Positions 7,995 to 18,175 of a DNA stretch of 64,000 bases are shown here, in pieces; within the stretch, counting starts at the first letter, position 1, and each line of letters begins with the position of its first letter. The stretch lies in assembly GCA_039027435.1 (NCBI GenBank), contig JBCCKF010000002.1, forward strand, positions 259,009-323,008. The letters run 5' to 3'. Under the pieces are notes generated by a model. That model made no database searches. It was not told the DNA's origin and was given only the letters and a program-made list of their open reading frames with translations. The position numbers and the translations under genes were made by a program. The stretch comes from Pseudomonadota bacterium. GTDB taxonomy: Bacteria > Pseudomonadota > Gammaproteobacteria > Steroidobacterales > Woeseiaceae.

Positions 7995-8375
7995 CTATGC
8001 CCTCATCATGATTGCCATGGCGACGACAAGACCGGCCTCATCCGTCAGACTCACATGTGCCTCGCCTATGCCGAGTGCTTCGCACTTCGCCTTGCCACGA
8101 TCACTGAAGATAACCAATGGCTTGCCAAGAGGGTCACTCACGACCCCGACATCGCGAATCCACATCCCATTCGCAAACCCCGTTCCCATCGCCTTGACGC
8201 AGGCCTCCTTGGCAGCAAACCTCATAGCAAGAAAACGCACCTTTCGGCGATAGCGCTCAAAAGCGACGCGCTCCTCATCGAGTAACAGACGATCGAGCAA
8301 ATGATCGCCGAAGCGTTCGTACGACGCCTGTATTCTGGAAATCTCGCAAACGTCGGTTCCGATGCCATAAATCAT
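7995..8375 (-). CDS. acpS: holo-[acyl-carrier-protein] synthase
   Basis: 126 aa, with [15 protein letters not shown] at the N-terminus. Sits in the conserved pdxJ-acpS order. Confidence 0.9.
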   Translation of the reverse strand: MIYGIGTDVCEISRIQASYERFGDHLLDRLLLDEERVAFERYRRKVRFLAMRFAAKEACVKAMGTGFANGMWIRDVGVVSDPLGKPLVIFSDRGKAKCEALGIGEAHVSLTDEAGLVVAMAIMMRA

Positions 8376-9112
8376 GTGGCGTGGCCTCGCGCCTCATTCA
8401 TCAAACGCTTCATACGAGCGACAGCTTCCGGCAATCCAACGAATACAGCGTCGGCAATCAGGCTATGACCGATGTTTAACTCGGTGATTGCTCCAATGGC
8501 GGCGACGGGCTGAACGTTGTGGATCGTCAATCCGTGGCCCGCATGTACCTTCAATCCTCGCGAAAGCGCATATTCGGCCGCAGACCGCAGCGTTTCCAAA
8601 TGTGCAGTTACCGCGGCCCCTCTCGCCAATGCGTATGCGCCGGTATGTAGCTCAATGACAGGCGCGCCAGCCGAGACCGTCGCGTCGATCTGATCCCGGT
8701 CCGGATCAATGAACAGTGAGGTTCGTATGCCTGCTGCAGCCAGTCGCTCAACCGCAGCGGTAACCCGCGGCAGTTGTCCTGCCACCTCAAGCCCACCTTC
8801 TGTGGTGACTTCCTCACGTCGCTCCGGCACCAAACAACAATCGGCCGGCGCGAGCGACTCGGCGATCGTGACCATCTCATCCGCTAAGGCCATCTCAAGA
8901 TTCACCCGCGTCTGGGTGCTTTCACACAGCCGCCGAACGTCATCGTCCTGAATGTGTCGCCGATCCTCGCGCAGGTGAACGGTGATGGAATCCGCACCGT
9001 ACTGCTCAACCAATAGCGCTGCCATTACAGGGTCGGGATACGATTCACCGCGCGCCTGACGTAACGTCGCGACATGGTCCACGTTTACGCCCAAATCAAT
9101 TCGTGTCGTCAT
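8372..9112 (-). CDS. pdxJ: pyridoxine 5'-phosphate synthase
   Basis: 246 aa. [28 protein letters not shown] and HAGHGL are typical PdxJ motifs. 4-nt overlap with acpS. Confidence 0.9.
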   Translation of the reverse strand: MTTRIDLGVNVDHVATLRQARGESYPDPVMAALLVEQYGADSITVHLREDRRHIQDDDVRRLCESTQTRVNLEMALADEMVTIAESLAPADCCLVPERREEVTTEGGLEVAGQLPRVTAAVERLAAAGIRTSLFIDPDRDQIDATVSAGAPVIELHTGAYALARGAAVTAHLETLRSAAEYALSRGLKVHAGHGLTIHNVQPVAAIGAITELNIGHSLIADAVFVGLPEAVARMKRLMNEARGHAT

Positions 9113-9139
9113 TGATGCTTCCTAGCCAGGTGCCCGTCC

Positions 9140-9892
9140 TTATCCGTCACCTTTATCGTTTTGCCCGCTGGATTGGGTGTGGTGGCGAAGCTCACGCAGC
9201 ACACGTCGCGTTTGCAAAGGCTTGCCCTCCAGCTGCTGCTCCAGCGCCCGCGCCAGTATAAATCTCCCGATCTTCCGCGTCTCCCGGTTCTCCCAGTCAT
9301 CCTCGGCAATCCGCAGGAGATGATGACCGGCGACGGTACGTTCGCCCTGCAGTTCCGAAGACACCTCGCGAGGTCCTGCATCCGGGATCATTTCATACAT
9401 GCGCTCAGCAAGAACCCGTCGGCCGCTGTCGATATCCATATCCCAGTTAATGCCAAAACCCAAATCCGTCAGCAGATGATTCTCGAAACGTCGCAAGGTG
9501 AGATCGACGGGATCCGCGCTGGCGAGCTTGGTGATCACATGACCGTACAGTACAAACAACTCAGGGTTTGGATCATGTCGGTGCGTCAACTTCAGGCACA
9601 GCTCCGACACATAGAAACCCGCGAGTAACGCATCGCCCGTCAGTCTCACAGTATTCGCCACGTCACCTTCAACGTCGGTCAGCGTGCCGAGCTCCCCTCG
9701 CGACGACCACGAAAGACGCAGCCCGGAGAAAGGCTGCAACAAACCACGGTGTCGATGCTTCGGCCGTTTGATGCCCTTCGCAACCAGGCTGACGCGCCCA
9801 TGATGTTCTGTAAGACACTCTACGATCTGGCTTGAGTCACGAAAGTCGCGGCGATGCAGCACCCAGGCTCGGTCAAGGCGGACACGTTCCAA
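9140..9892 (-). CDS. recO: DNA repair protein RecO
   Basis: 250 aa. The N-terminus AWVLHRRDFRDSSQIVECLTEHHGRVSLVAKG matches RecO. Sits in the era-recO-pdxJ order. Confidence 0.85.
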   Translation of the reverse strand: MERVRLDRAWVLHRRDFRDSSQIVECLTEHHGRVSLVAKGIKRPKHRHRGLLQPFSGLRLSWSSRGELGTLTDVEGDVANTVRLTGDALLAGFYVSELCLKLTHRHDPNPELFVLYGHVITKLASADPVDLTLRRFENHLLTDLGFGINWDMDIDSGRRVLAERMYEMIPDAGPREVSSELQGERTVAGHHLLRIAEDDWENRETRKIGRFILARALEQQLEGKPLQTRRVLRELRHHTQSSGQNDKGDG

Positions 9893-9894
9893 CC

Positions 9895-10812
9895 TCAGTC
9901 ACCCATATCGAAACCCAGGCGATTCAAGTCCTGCTCGCTATCCGCCCAGTTGTCCCGCACCTTCACCCACAGATCCAGATGCACAGACTCGCCCAACATA
10001 CGCTCGATATCACGCCGCGCAGAGCTTCCGACCAGCTTCAGGTTTTGGCCGCCTTTACCCACCACGATGCCTTTTTGCGAGTCACGCTCAACAAAAATGA
10101 TCGTGTTGATTTCGAGCTTGCCATCCTCGCGGCGCGCCATGCGCTCGGTTTGCACCGTCAACCCATAGGGCAATTCCTGTCGCAAACGCAGTGTCAGCTT
10201 CTCGCGAACGATTTCCGCTATGCGAAACGAATCGCCGCGATCTGTGAGCATCTCATCCGGAAACATCGCCGGAGACTCGGGCAACAGCGGGACGATTTCA
10301 TCACGAAGCACATCAGTGCCTGTGCCTTTCAAGGCCGAAATCGGAATCGCCGCCTTCAGATCACGCTGCGAGTTCATTTTCTCCATGAACGGCAGGAGTT
10401 GGCGCTTGTCCGCAAGTTGGTCGATCTTGTTGATGACGGCAATCACAGGAACCTTGACCGACTCAAGTCGACTGGCGACGGTGCGGTCTTCGGCGGTGAA
10501 GCGACCTGCCTCGACGAGCCACAACACCACTTCTGCATCCGACAATGCGCTGATCGCAGAGCGGTTCATGACTCGGTTGATCGCCTTCTTTTGTCCGATG
10601 TGCAATCCCGGTGTATCGATGAACACGATCTGCGCATCGTCACCTGTGCTCACACCCAGGATACGGTGACGTGTGGTTTGCGGACGCGGACTGACGATCG
10701 AAACCTTGGTACCAACATAGTGATTCATCAGCGTCGACTTGCCGACGTTCGGTCGACCGACAACGGCAACAAATCCTGCACGATATCCGACCGCATCACG
10801 GAACTGCTGCAC
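9895..10812 (-). CDS. era: GTPase Era
   Basis: G1 motif GRPNVGKSTL, DTPG, and a KH domain at the C-terminus. I favour the GTG at 10812, which overlaps the rnc stop by 1 nt (TAGTG). The ORF-track ATG at 10920 would overlap rnc by 109 nt. Confidence 0.85.
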   Translation of the reverse strand: MQQFRDAVGYRAGFVAVVGRPNVGKSTLMNHYVGTKVSIVSPRPQTTRHRILGVSTGDDAQIVFIDTPGLHIGQKKAINRVMNRSAISALSDAEVVLWLVEAGRFTAEDRTVASRLESVKVPVIAVINKIDQLADKRQLLPFMEKMNSQRDLKAAIPISALKGTGTDVLRDEIVPLLPESPAMFPDEMLTDRGDSFRIAEIVREKLTLRLRQELPYGLTVQTERMARREDGKLEINTIIFVERDSQKGIVVGKGGQNLKLVGSSARRDIERMLGESVHLDLWVKVRDNWADSEQDLNRLGFDMGD

Positions 10813-11489
10813 TACGCTTCTCCCAGTTGCTGCAACACCGCGCGCGCCGCCGCTTGCTCCGCCGCTCTGCGACTGCTGCCCGTCGCTTCGCTGCTCATGC
10901 TGGCGTGTGCAATCGAACAACGAACTACAAACTCACGATTGTGGTCAGGTCCCGCAGACGAAACCAACGCATAGTCCGGAAGCGCATGCCCCCGGCCCTG
11001 CAACCACTCCTGCAATTCGGTCTTCGGATCCTTTGCTGCATCCGACAGACTGAGCGATTCGAGTCGCGCTGCAAATATCCGATGAATGACCCGTTCCGTG
11101 GATGCGTATCCACCGTCCAGAAAAACCGCGCCAAGAAGGGCTTCAAATGCATCGGCAAGAATCGAATCACGACGTGCCCCACCGGACTTTAGCTCACCGC
11201 TACCCAGCGCTATGCGCTCACCGAGTTTCAATCCCTTCGCCAATTCAGCAAGTGATGCATCACGCACGAGTACCGCACGCAGTCGACTGAGGACGCCTTC
11301 ATCGGCGTGTGGGAAACGTTGAACGAGCTCGTGTGAAATAACGGTATCCAATACCGCATCCCCGAGAAATTCCAGCCGCTCATTACTACGCCCTCGTGCG
11401 CTGCGATGGTTGAGTGCCCGTTGCACAAGCGACATGTCGCGAAATTCGTAGTCGATCTGTTCGGTCAGGTCACCGAAAGGGGCATTCAA
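10812..11489 (-). CDS. rnc: ribonuclease III
   Basis: 225 aa. Has the RNase III signature NERLEFLGDAVL and a C-terminal dsRBD. Confidence 0.9.
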   Translation of the reverse strand: MNAPFGDLTEQIDYEFRDMSLVQRALNHRSARGRSNERLEFLGDAVLDTVISHELVQRFPHADEGVLSRLRAVLVRDASLAELAKGLKLGERIALGSGELKSGGARRDSILADAFEALLGAVFLDGGYASTERVIHRIFAARLESLSLSDAAKDPKTELQEWLQGRGHALPDYALVSSAGPDHNREFVVRCSIAHASMSSEATGSSRRAAEQAAARAVLQQLGEA

Positions 11490-11872
11490 CGGACGATCGA
11501 CGCCTGATGCTTGAAGTCAACCGCGAACGAGACGTTGGCGATATAGCCGACTTTGTTGGTGTAGCTCACCGAAATGTCATACCCGGAGCTGGTCTTGATG
11601 AACTCCACATCACGATGGCCGATGATACGAACGCTCTCGATATCGAAGCGCTTTTCCAGCCCTTGTTGGACATCGCGTCTCGAGAAATCCGTACCCGACA
11701 GCTCATCCTCAAGGCTCGCAAAAGCACCCTTGATTTTCATGTCTTCCATGTAAACCGGAAAGAGCCTGAGTCCGGCATAGACGAACATGGCGATGAAGGC
11801 CACCAGGAAGATGAGACCCAGGGTCGTCATACCCTGTTGCTGATGTCTTGTTCGTGCTGCTCGTATGTTCAT
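11486..11872 (-). CDS. DUF4845-like small membrane protein
   Basis: 128 aa with a single N-terminal TM (LGLIFLVAFIAMFVYAGLRLFPVY). Occupies the conserved slot between lepB and rnc seen in many non-enteric gammaproteobacteria. Confidence 0.6.
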   Translation of the reverse strand: MNIRAARTRHQQQGMTTLGLIFLVAFIAMFVYAGLRLFPVYMEDMKIKGAFASLEDELSGTDFSRRDVQQGLEKRFDIESVRIIGHRDVEFIKTSSGYDISVSYTNKVGYIANVSFAVDFKHQASIVR

Positions 11873-11905
11873 GATTTCCCGACGCCCATGAAGCCTGCAA
11901 AGTCG

Positions 11906-12685
11906 CTATTGTATCTTATCGCCGATTCGGGACCATCGAGGCATGTCCCAAAGTTTCCAACTCATCCAGATACGGGTTGCACGCCCGACGAGATTCGCCG
12001 TAGGGATACACCCGACATCTCTGAAGCGGCTATCGTGGCTTGCATCACGGTTATCACCCATCATGAAATAACAGTCGTCGCCTACGATGGTCTCAAAACC
12101 CTTGCCAATCGGATCCTGCAACAGGATGGTGTGGTCCTCCGATCCAAACGTCTCCATGTGAACCCCGCCGATGTAACGCTCGTTCTCGAACAAGCCCAGC
12201 TCCTCCAGAGGGACTAGCTCGCCATTCACGACCAGACGCTGGTTTCGATACACGATATGGTCACCCGGGACGCCGATCACACGCTTGATGAAATTGATGT
12301 TCGGCTCACCGGGTTTGCGAAACACCGCAACGTCGCCTCGCTCTGGTGCGCCCGTTTCCCAGACCAGCGTGTTCGATACGGGCAGGCGCAGCCCATAGCT
12401 GTATTTACTGACCACTACGAAATCACCGATAAGCAGGTTAGGCAACATCGACTCAGACGGGATGCGGTAAGGCTCAAAAATGAACGAGCGTAAGACGAGA
12501 ATCACTGCCAATACGGGAAAGAACGCCCGCGATACATCGACGACGATCGGTAGCTCGCCCTCAGTCCCTAGTGTGGCTTCGCGGCGCTCGCGCAGATACC
12601 ACTTATCGAGCGCAACGACCGCACCGGTGCCAAACGTAAGCACAACAAACACCAATGGCAGGTTTACCCATTCAGGAAACATCAA
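11906..12685 (-). CDS. lepB: signal peptidase I
   Basis: 259 aa. Contains IPSESMLPNL (catalytic Ser box), VSKYSYG, GDHIVYR and YFMMGDNRDASHDSR. Confidence 0.9.
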   Translation of the reverse strand: MMFPEWVNLPLVFVVLTFGTGAVVALDKWYLRERREATLGTEGELPIVVDVSRAFFPVLAVILVLRSFIFEPYRIPSESMLPNLLIGDFVVVSKYSYGLRLPVSNTLVWETGAPERGDVAVFRKPGEPNINFIKRVIGVPGDHIVYRNQRLVVNGELVPLEELGLFENERYIGGVHMETFGSEDHTILLQDPIGKGFETIVGDDCYFMMGDNRDASHDSRFRDVGCIPTANLVGRATRIWMSWKLWDMPRWSRIGDKIQ

Positions 12686-12697
12686 CCGAGCTCCGCG

Positions 12698-14521
12698 CTA
12701 TCCATCAACTTTGAGTACCGCCAGAAACGCTTCCTGCGGGATTTCTACTGACCCGACTTGTTTCATGCGTCGCTTGCCGGCTTTCTGCTTCTCGAGCAAT
12801 TTGCGTTTTCGGCTGACATCGCCGCCATAGCACTTGGCCGTCACGTTCTTTCTCAACGCCTTTACTGTGCTTCGTGAAATGATCTGGTTACCAATCGCTG
12901 CTTGAATGGCGACATCAAACATCTGGCGGGGAATCAGCTCCCGCATTTTCTCCACAAGCTCACGCCCGCGTGACTGCGCACGATCACGATGTACGATAAT
13001 TGACAACGCATCCACTCGATCGCCATTGATCAGGACATCCAGTCGAACCAGATTGGCTGCCTCGTAGCGTGCAAACTGATAGTCAAAGGAAGCAAACCCG
13101 CGACTGACCGACTTAAGGCGATCAAAGAAATCGAGTACTACCTCAGCCAGAGGCATGTCGTAGTCGATCGACACCTGGCCACCCAGATACTGCATCCGAG
13201 TCTGGACACCACGCTTCTCGATGCAAAGCTTGATAACCGATCCAACGTGCGCCTCCGGCACCAGGATTGATGCGTTGATGATCGGCTCGCGCAGCTCATT
13301 AATTTTGCTCGGCTCAGGCAGGCTGGAAGGATTATCGACATAGACGAGCTCGCCCGTCGTGGTCTCGATCTGGTAGATCACCGTCGGCGCCGTCGTGATC
13401 AGCTCAAGCTCGTATTCGCGCTCCAATCGCTCCTGCACAATCTCCATATGCAGCATGCCCAGAAAACCACAGCGGAACCCGAAGCCAAGCGCCGCCGACG
13501 ACTCCGGCTCGAAATGCAGCGCAGCATCGTTGAGTCTGAGTTTCTGCAATGCCTCGCGAAACGTCTCGTAGTCGTCGCTGGAAATGGGGAACATGCCGGC
13601 AAAGACTTTGGGCTGCACCTGCTTAAACCCCTCCAGAGGGGCCTCGGCCTGCGCGCGCTCGTGCGTTAACGTGTCGCCAACCGGTGCGCCTTCGATTTCC
13701 TTGATGCCGGTGATCACAAATCCGACTTCTCCGGGGGTGAGCACCTTATCGTCGGTCATCTTGGGCGTGAACCGACCCAGTCGATCCACGATGTGCGCAT
13801 TCCCCGTGGACATCACACGCACTTTGTCGCCCTTGTTGAGCGTGCCTTGAACGATTCGCACCAACGACACCACGCCGACATAGTTATCGAACCAACTATC
13901 AATGATCAGCGCTTGCAGCGGGGCTTCGGCGTCGCCTTTTGGTGCCGGGATATCACGCACGATGCGCTCGAGAAGCGCTTTGACGCCCAGCCCTGTCTTC
14001 GCACTGACCTCGCTCGCGTCGGTGGCGTCGATACCGATGATCTCTTCTATCTCTCGAGAGACGCGCTCGGGCTCTGCTGCAGGAAGATCGATCTTGTTCA
14101 GCACCGGCAAGACTTCAAGGCCCTGATCAATCGCGGTGTAACAATTGGCTACGCTCTGCGCCTCAACACCTTGCGCCGCATCGACGACAAGCAGAGCGCC
14201 TTCACACGCTGACAGAGAGCGCGACACCTCATACGAGAAATCGACGTGCCCTGGCGTATCGATAATATTGAGCTGATAGGTCTGGCCATCATCGGCGTCG
14301 TAGTGCAGCGTCACACTCTGCGCTTTGATCGTGATGCCACGCTCGCGCTCGATATCCATACTGTCGAGCACCTGTTCAGCCATCTCCCGCTGCTCAAGTC
14401 CACCGCACATTTGGATGAACCGATCAGCAAGCGTCGACTTGCCATGGTCGATGTGCGCAATGATGGAGAAATTACGGATATTTTGCATGAAGATGGGTTC
14501 AACGCTGCCAGGCGCGCTCAT
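12698..14521 (-). CDS. lepA: elongation factor 4 (LepA)
   Basis: [26 protein letters not shown], and the conserved LepA C-terminal domain. The start is either ATG 14521 or the ATG at 14488 ([10 protein letters not shown]). Confidence 0.9.
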   Translation of the reverse strand: MSAPGSVEPIFMQNIRNFSIIAHIDHGKSTLADRFIQMCGGLEQREMAEQVLDSMDIERERGITIKAQSVTLHYDADDGQTYQLNIIDTPGHVDFSYEVSRSLSACEGALLVVDAAQGVEAQSVANCYTAIDQGLEVLPVLNKIDLPAAEPERVSREIEEIIGIDATDASEVSAKTGLGVKALLERIVRDIPAPKGDAEAPLQALIIDSWFDNYVGVVSLVRIVQGTLNKGDKVRVMSTGNAHIVDRLGRFTPKMTDDKVLTPGEVGFVITGIKEIEGAPVGDTLTHERAQAEAPLEGFKQVQPKVFAGMFPISSDDYETFREALQKLRLNDAALHFEPESSAALGFGFRCGFLGMLHMEIVQERLEREYELELITTAPTVIYQIETTTGELVYVDNPSSLPEPSKINELREPIINASILVPEAHVGSVIKLCIEKRGVQTRMQYLGGQVSIDYDMPLAEVVLDFFDRLKSVSRGFASFDYQFARYEAANLVRLDVLINGDRVDALSIIVHRDRAQSRGRELVEKMRELIPRQMFDVAIQAAIGNQIISRSTVKALRKNVTAKCYGGDVSRKRKLLEKQKAGKRRMKQVGSVEIPQEAFLAVLKVDG

Positions 14522-14536
14522 TATAGTCTTTGATGG

Positions 14537-14570
14537 TGCGAAAACGTGCGAATGTGTTCCGGTTTTCGCA
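14537..14570 (-). other. 9-bp perfect stem hairpin (TGCGAAAAC / GTTTTCGCA, 16-nt loop) between the glutaredoxin-like gene and lepA
   Basis: Arms at 14537-14545 and 14562-14570, read directly. No U-run follows on the minus strand, so it is not a canonical terminator. Confidence 0.3.
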
Positions 14571-14581
14571 GCGACCGGCCG

Positions 14582-14830
14582 CTAATCCACGGGCTCCAGG
14601 CTGCGCAAGAAAGCATACAGACGGGCCGTATCCAAATGGCCTTCGCAGATTTCGATATCGCCCGCGGCCAAAACCGGCACCCGCAGATTATACCGCTCCT
14701 GAAGCTCGGAATCCGCGTCGATATCAACCACACGCACGTCGCACCTTCCGCGCACAATCGGCAACAGTATCTCGATGAGCTCTTCGCACAGGTGACAACC
14801 CTGACGTGAGTACACGCTAAGCTCAGCCAT
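14582..14830 (-). CDS. glutaredoxin-like thioredoxin-fold protein (DUF836-type, CxxC = CHLC)
   Basis: MAELSVYSRQGCHLCEE...VPVL fits the small glutaredoxin-family fold. ATG 14830 overlaps the rseC stop (ATGA). The longer ORF-track start at 14917 lies inside rseC. Confidence 0.7.
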   Translation of the reverse strand: MAELSVYSRQGCHLCEELIEILLPIVRGRCDVRVVDIDADSELQERYNLRVPVLAAGDIEICEGHLDTARLYAFLRSLEPVD

Positions 14831-15234
14831 CACTCGATCACCAGACTCGAGCGCTGCGCACCTCGGGTCAGGATGCGGGCCAGCACGGTTGCAAGAAAGA
14901 CCCCCGCAACACCGCATAGTGCCGTCAGTCCATCACCCGCACCGGATAAACTGGCAATCGATGCGCCCGCGAGCAACCCTGCCAGCGGAATACCGTAGCC
15001 CGTCATTGCAGCGATCCGTAAATCCCTTGCGTTGCATCGAACCGACAGATGACTACCGCGTACGGTGCCTTTCGGGACCGCGTGCCTCGGCAATGTCAGA
15101 ACGCGATTTCGTGACCAAAGCGCCATGCCGCATCCGCGCCCTTCTATGCACGGCGCGCAGGTCGCGCCCGGCGTCACCAAAAGGCGAACACGCTCGTCGT
15201 CGATATCGTCGACGATCGCACGGGTTTCGATCAC
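14830..15234 (-). CDS. rseC: sigma-E regulatory protein RseC/MucC (SoxR-reducing system family)
   Basis: 134 aa with an N-terminal Cys-containing domain (CAPCIEGRGCG) and two C-terminal TM helices. Sits in the rseB-rseC order. Confidence 0.75.
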   Translation of the reverse strand: MIETRAIVDDIDDERVRLLVTPGATCAPCIEGRGCGMALWSRNRVLTLPRHAVPKGTVRGSHLSVRCNARDLRIAAMTGYGIPLAGLLAGASIASLSGAGDGLTALCGVAGVFLATVLARILTRGAQRSSLVIE

Positions 15235-16274
15235 TCTGTGGCTACCGCCTCAGGCGTATCGATCGCGCCGATCTGCTGATCCGCTTGCTCGGCGAGCATC
15301 CTGAGTGTGTTGAGCGGCACCTCACCGACGAGGGTCATTGTGCGATTACCCACGGATCTCTGGTAGCTATGCGTTGCGCCCATCTTCCCATGTTTGCCAC
15401 CCGTGCCGGTCGAACCCGCCGCAACAAATACGGACACGGTCGCAATACCGTCGGAATATTCAAAGCGCCGAACGGTACGACCATTAACCTGAACCATCTC
15501 GCCCCTAGGCCCCTTGAGGGTGAACCCTGAAGCATTATTGCCCTCGACGACCACCTCACCCGGGGCAGCCGACAGCGTGTTGGCCGCCCTCTGCATTGAG
15601 CTGTTGGCATACTTTTCAGCGAGCTCAGATGGACTCGCATGGATAACCTGGAATCCCGAATCATCAATGTCACTGATGAGCGCGGACTTCGGAATCTCGA
15701 TACCGATTTGCACGTCGGTGAAACGAACCTCCTCAACGACGCGCTTGCCATTGAGTAACTGCATACGCAGTGGCAACAGTGTCTCCGCATCTACCCAGAG
15801 GCTGTGCCCGTATCGGAATGCATCCTTAGGACGGATAAAGAATCGTTTAGCTTCGCGACCGGCGACTCGATCCGTACCCAGCGAGACCAGCTCGTAGAAT
15901 CGGCCGACGTTCTCCGCTACCTGAGGCAGTCGGGTAAACGCATTCGATGCACCTGCTGTCTTATCAATAAACTTGAGCTGGCGGTTCGGATAAAGACAAA
16001 CGAGTTCGTTGCCTACGCGGACGATCTCTCGCGGCTCGCCGTCCATCGACACGAGCTTTTCCATCGATACGCCATCGTTATTGAGATGCGCGACATGCAA
16101 GGTATACAAACGACCGTCCATTGAACGAACGAGTGTTCCCTCGTAGTCGAGTGTCTGCATGGCGTCGTTGATTTGCTGCAGCAGCGGCACCGGCTCGGAT
16201 TGGGCGCGAGCAATCCCTAACGTGAGCGCCAGCCCTGCGATAACGCAATAAACGCAACGCAAATAGGCGATCAC
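15231..16274 (-). CDS. rseB: sigma-E regulatory protein RseB/MucB
   Basis: 347 aa with a signal peptide and the MucB/RseB-like N-terminus (LLQQINDAMQTLDYEGTLV). 4-nt overlaps with both rseA and rseC. Confidence 0.85.
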   Translation of the reverse strand: MIAYLRCVYCVIAGLALTLGIARAQSEPVPLLQQINDAMQTLDYEGTLVRSMDGRLYTLHVAHLNNDGVSMEKLVSMDGEPREIVRVGNELVCLYPNRQLKFIDKTAGASNAFTRLPQVAENVGRFYELVSLGTDRVAGREAKRFFIRPKDAFRYGHSLWVDAETLLPLRMQLLNGKRVVEEVRFTDVQIGIEIPKSALISDIDDSGFQVIHASPSELAEKYANSSMQRAANTLSAAPGEVVVEGNNASGFTLKGPRGEMVQVNGRTVRRFEYSDGIATVSVFVAAGSTGTGGKHGKMGATHSYQRSVGNRTMTLVGEVPLNTLRMLAEQADQQIGAIDTPEAVATE

Positions 16275-16909
16275 TGTTCCACCGCCTCGCTGGCTTCTGC
16301 TTCAAGCGAATCCTCTGATGATTCGACGAGCACCTGACCGACGGAGCTTGCATCGAGCATTGGGATCGCGGCCCCGGGCACTAACGTTCGCCGGGTCGCC
16401 GAATGATTCATGACGTAGCCAGCAAGCTCAGGATCGGCAATCACCAGCCGCGATGGAGCCACTTCAGCCGGCACGACGTAGTCGACTTGCGGCTCGGATG
16501 CCGTGTTGCGCAGCGCTTGCTCAGAGGACTGCTCTGCGAGCACCGGCTGTTCGTTGAAACTGCCATCCATCCAGTTCAACGCCAGCGTCGCGACACCGAG
16601 GGTCAACACGAGACCACCTGCGGCGCGCATCCACGGCGGCGTTCCTGAACGATGCGACTGCGGGCTGTAGGCCATACGAGCACTGCGGTCTGCGTCATCC
16701 GCAACAAGGCCCGCGCGAACACGATCAACAAAGCCGCTATCGGCCGACAGCCGCTCGCCACGCATAATCCTGCCGACGTCCATCAATGTACCCGCGTAGC
16801 CCCTGAGCTCATCATCGCGACCCAGACGCCTCACCAGCAATTCCGCTTCGTTGCTATCGAGTTCACCATCCACAAAGGCGGAGATTTGTTCACGCAACTC
16901 ACTATTCAT
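16271..16909 (-). CDS. rseA: anti-sigma-E factor RseA/MucA
   Basis: The N-terminus MNSELREQISAFVDGELD is typical of RseA, with a central TM helix. Lies directly downstream of rpoE. Confidence 0.85.
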   Translation of the reverse strand: MNSELREQISAFVDGELDSNEAELLVRRLGRDDELRGYAGTLMDVGRIMRGERLSADSGFVDRVRAGLVADDADRSARMAYSPQSHRSGTPPWMRAAGGLVLTLGVATLALNWMDGSFNEQPVLAEQSSEQALRNTASEPQVDYVVPAEVAPSRLVIADPELAGYVMNHSATRRTLVPGAAIPMLDASSVGQVLVESSEDSLEAEASEAVEQ

Positions 16910-16990
16910 CGATTAATCACCATTAGTAATCCCGTTGCACGCATCGGTGCGCGCTGATCTTCTTCTTGTTGTTGTTTCCGCGGTACATCC

Positions 16991-17596
16991 CTAGCTCCTG
17001 AGTTGAGATGCCGCCTGCGATGGCTCGGCCATCGCGTCGATGCCCTTGTTGATCGCCTCACGCGCCCGAAAAATCCGCGAACGCACCGTGCCCACAGGAC
17101 ATTCCATTGCCTCGGCGATCTCCTCGTAACTCATACCGTCCAGCTCGCGCAGCACGATGGCGGTACGTAAGTCCTCTGGCAGCGCTGCGATCGATTCACC
17201 GATCTTGAGCTGCATCTCGTCCTTCATGGCCACCGCCTCGGGGGAATCCTCACTGCGCAGGCGCTCGTGCACCTCGTAGTAATTGGGATCCTGAAGATCC
17301 AGGTCGTAGTCCATCGGTCGCCGTTTTGCAGCGACGAGGTAGTTCTTCGCAGTGTTGACGGCAATACGATAGAGCCATGTATAGAACGCGCTATCGCCGC
17401 GAAACCTTGGCAGGGCGCGATACGCCTTGATAAAGGCGTCCTGAGCAACGTCCAGCGCCTCGTCCTGGTCGCGGACGTAGCGCGACACCAGGTTCACGAT
17501 CTTGTGCTGGTATTTAAGCACCAGCAGATCAAACGCTCCGTTGTCGCCCTGCTGTACACGCTTTACCAATAATCGGTCGTTTGCTGTCGAGCCCAT
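16991..17596 (-). CDS. rpoE: RNA polymerase sigma-E (sigma-24, AlgU/RpoE)
   Basis: MGSTANDRLLVKRVQQGDNGAFDLLVLKYQHKI is collinear with enteric RpoE. ATG 17596 is preceded by AGAGG. The longer ORF-track start (17653) would lie upstream of the -10 element and cover most of the spacer of the candidate promoter. Confidence 0.9.
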   Translation of the reverse strand: MGSTANDRLLVKRVQQGDNGAFDLLVLKYQHKIVNLVSRYVRDQDEALDVAQDAFIKAYRALPRFRGDSAFYTWLYRIAVNTAKNYLVAAKRRPMDYDLDLQDPNYYEVHERLRSEDSPEAVAMKDEMQLKIGESIAALPEDLRTAIVLRELDGMSYEEIAEAMECPVGTVRSRIFRAREAINKGIDAMAEPSQAASQLRS

Positions 17597-17639
17597 GCGG
17601 GCGTGCCTCTTTCTTGGCGGCGGTTCGCCCGCCCATTTA

Positions 17640-17666
17640 TGTGACCTGCCCAAAGAACGAAAGTTC
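17640..17666 (-). promoter_or_regulatory. Candidate sigma-E-dependent (autoregulated) rpoE promoter: GAACTT-N16-TCACA
   Basis: The minus strand reads AGAACTT tcgttctttgggcagg TCACA. The -35 is at 17661-17666 and the -10 at 17640-17644, about 45 nt upstream of ATG 17596. This matches the GGAACTT-N16-TCNNA sigma-E consensus. Confidence 0.5.
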
Positions 17667-17734
17667 TGCGGCTGCCTACGAATACACGATCGCCATGGGG
17701 CCTATCGCCGAGGCCCTCTATCACTCTGAATTTA

Positions 17735-18175
17735 CTATAAATTCCGTCCTGATTCAGCGAATCTTTGCAAACCCCACTGATGCTGCAGGGCACGCCACAA
17801 CCGGGAGTTTTGCCGCTTGAGCAGATAGCAGCGATGTTTCTGGCCCTCAATATCCATGTCGAGAACCGCAAAGCTCCCGAACAGACGGGATTGCGGGTAC
17901 ATGCAAGCGCGGACCTGACGAGCGCCGGGAGTGAGTAGCGCCGACCACACGCCATCATAGAACGCCAGAGTGACAGGCGGCTCAGGCTGACGATATAGCG
18001 CCCAACACTCGAGAGATGCCAGAGCGAATACAACAGCGAGGAAGAGGTGTCGCTCCAGGGCGTCGGGTGCCTGAGTAAGGGCGGCGATGCCCAGCAGCAC
18101 CAACCACAACCAGATCAGAGCCAGACCAAGTTCACGTGCGGATCGATACGGAACGAGCGTTATCAAGAATGTCAC
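17735..18175 (-). CDS. ygfX: YgfX/CptA-like inner-membrane protein (two TM helices)
   Basis: Follows sdhE, as ygfX does in E. coli. Two hydrophobic helices (LGLALIWLWLVLLGIAAL, HLFLAVVFALASLECWAL). The start is uncertain (GTG 18175 or ATG 18214); either overlaps the sdhE 3' end. Confidence 0.5.
   Translation of the reverse strand: MTFLITLVPYRSARELGLALIWLWLVLLGIAALTQAPDALERHLFLAVVFALASLECWALYRQPEPPVTLAFYDGVWSALLTPGARQVRACMYPQSRLFGSFAVLDMDIEGQKHRCYLLKRQNSRLWRALQHQWGLQRFAESGRNL

Noticed and set aside
9832-10974. 380-aa plus-strand ORF antisense to era/rnc. Similar antisense ORFs occur at 54669-55769 (rpsB), 44277-45116 (lpxA), 34865-35695 (pyrG), 50106-50909 (rseP), 11414-12217 (lepB/DUF4845), 24862-25593 (prfB) and 38243-38917 (accA).
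   Set aside because: Same reasoning as above. They mirror well-supported genes, have low-complexity Arg/Ala/Ser-rich translations, and lack plausible ribosome-binding sites.
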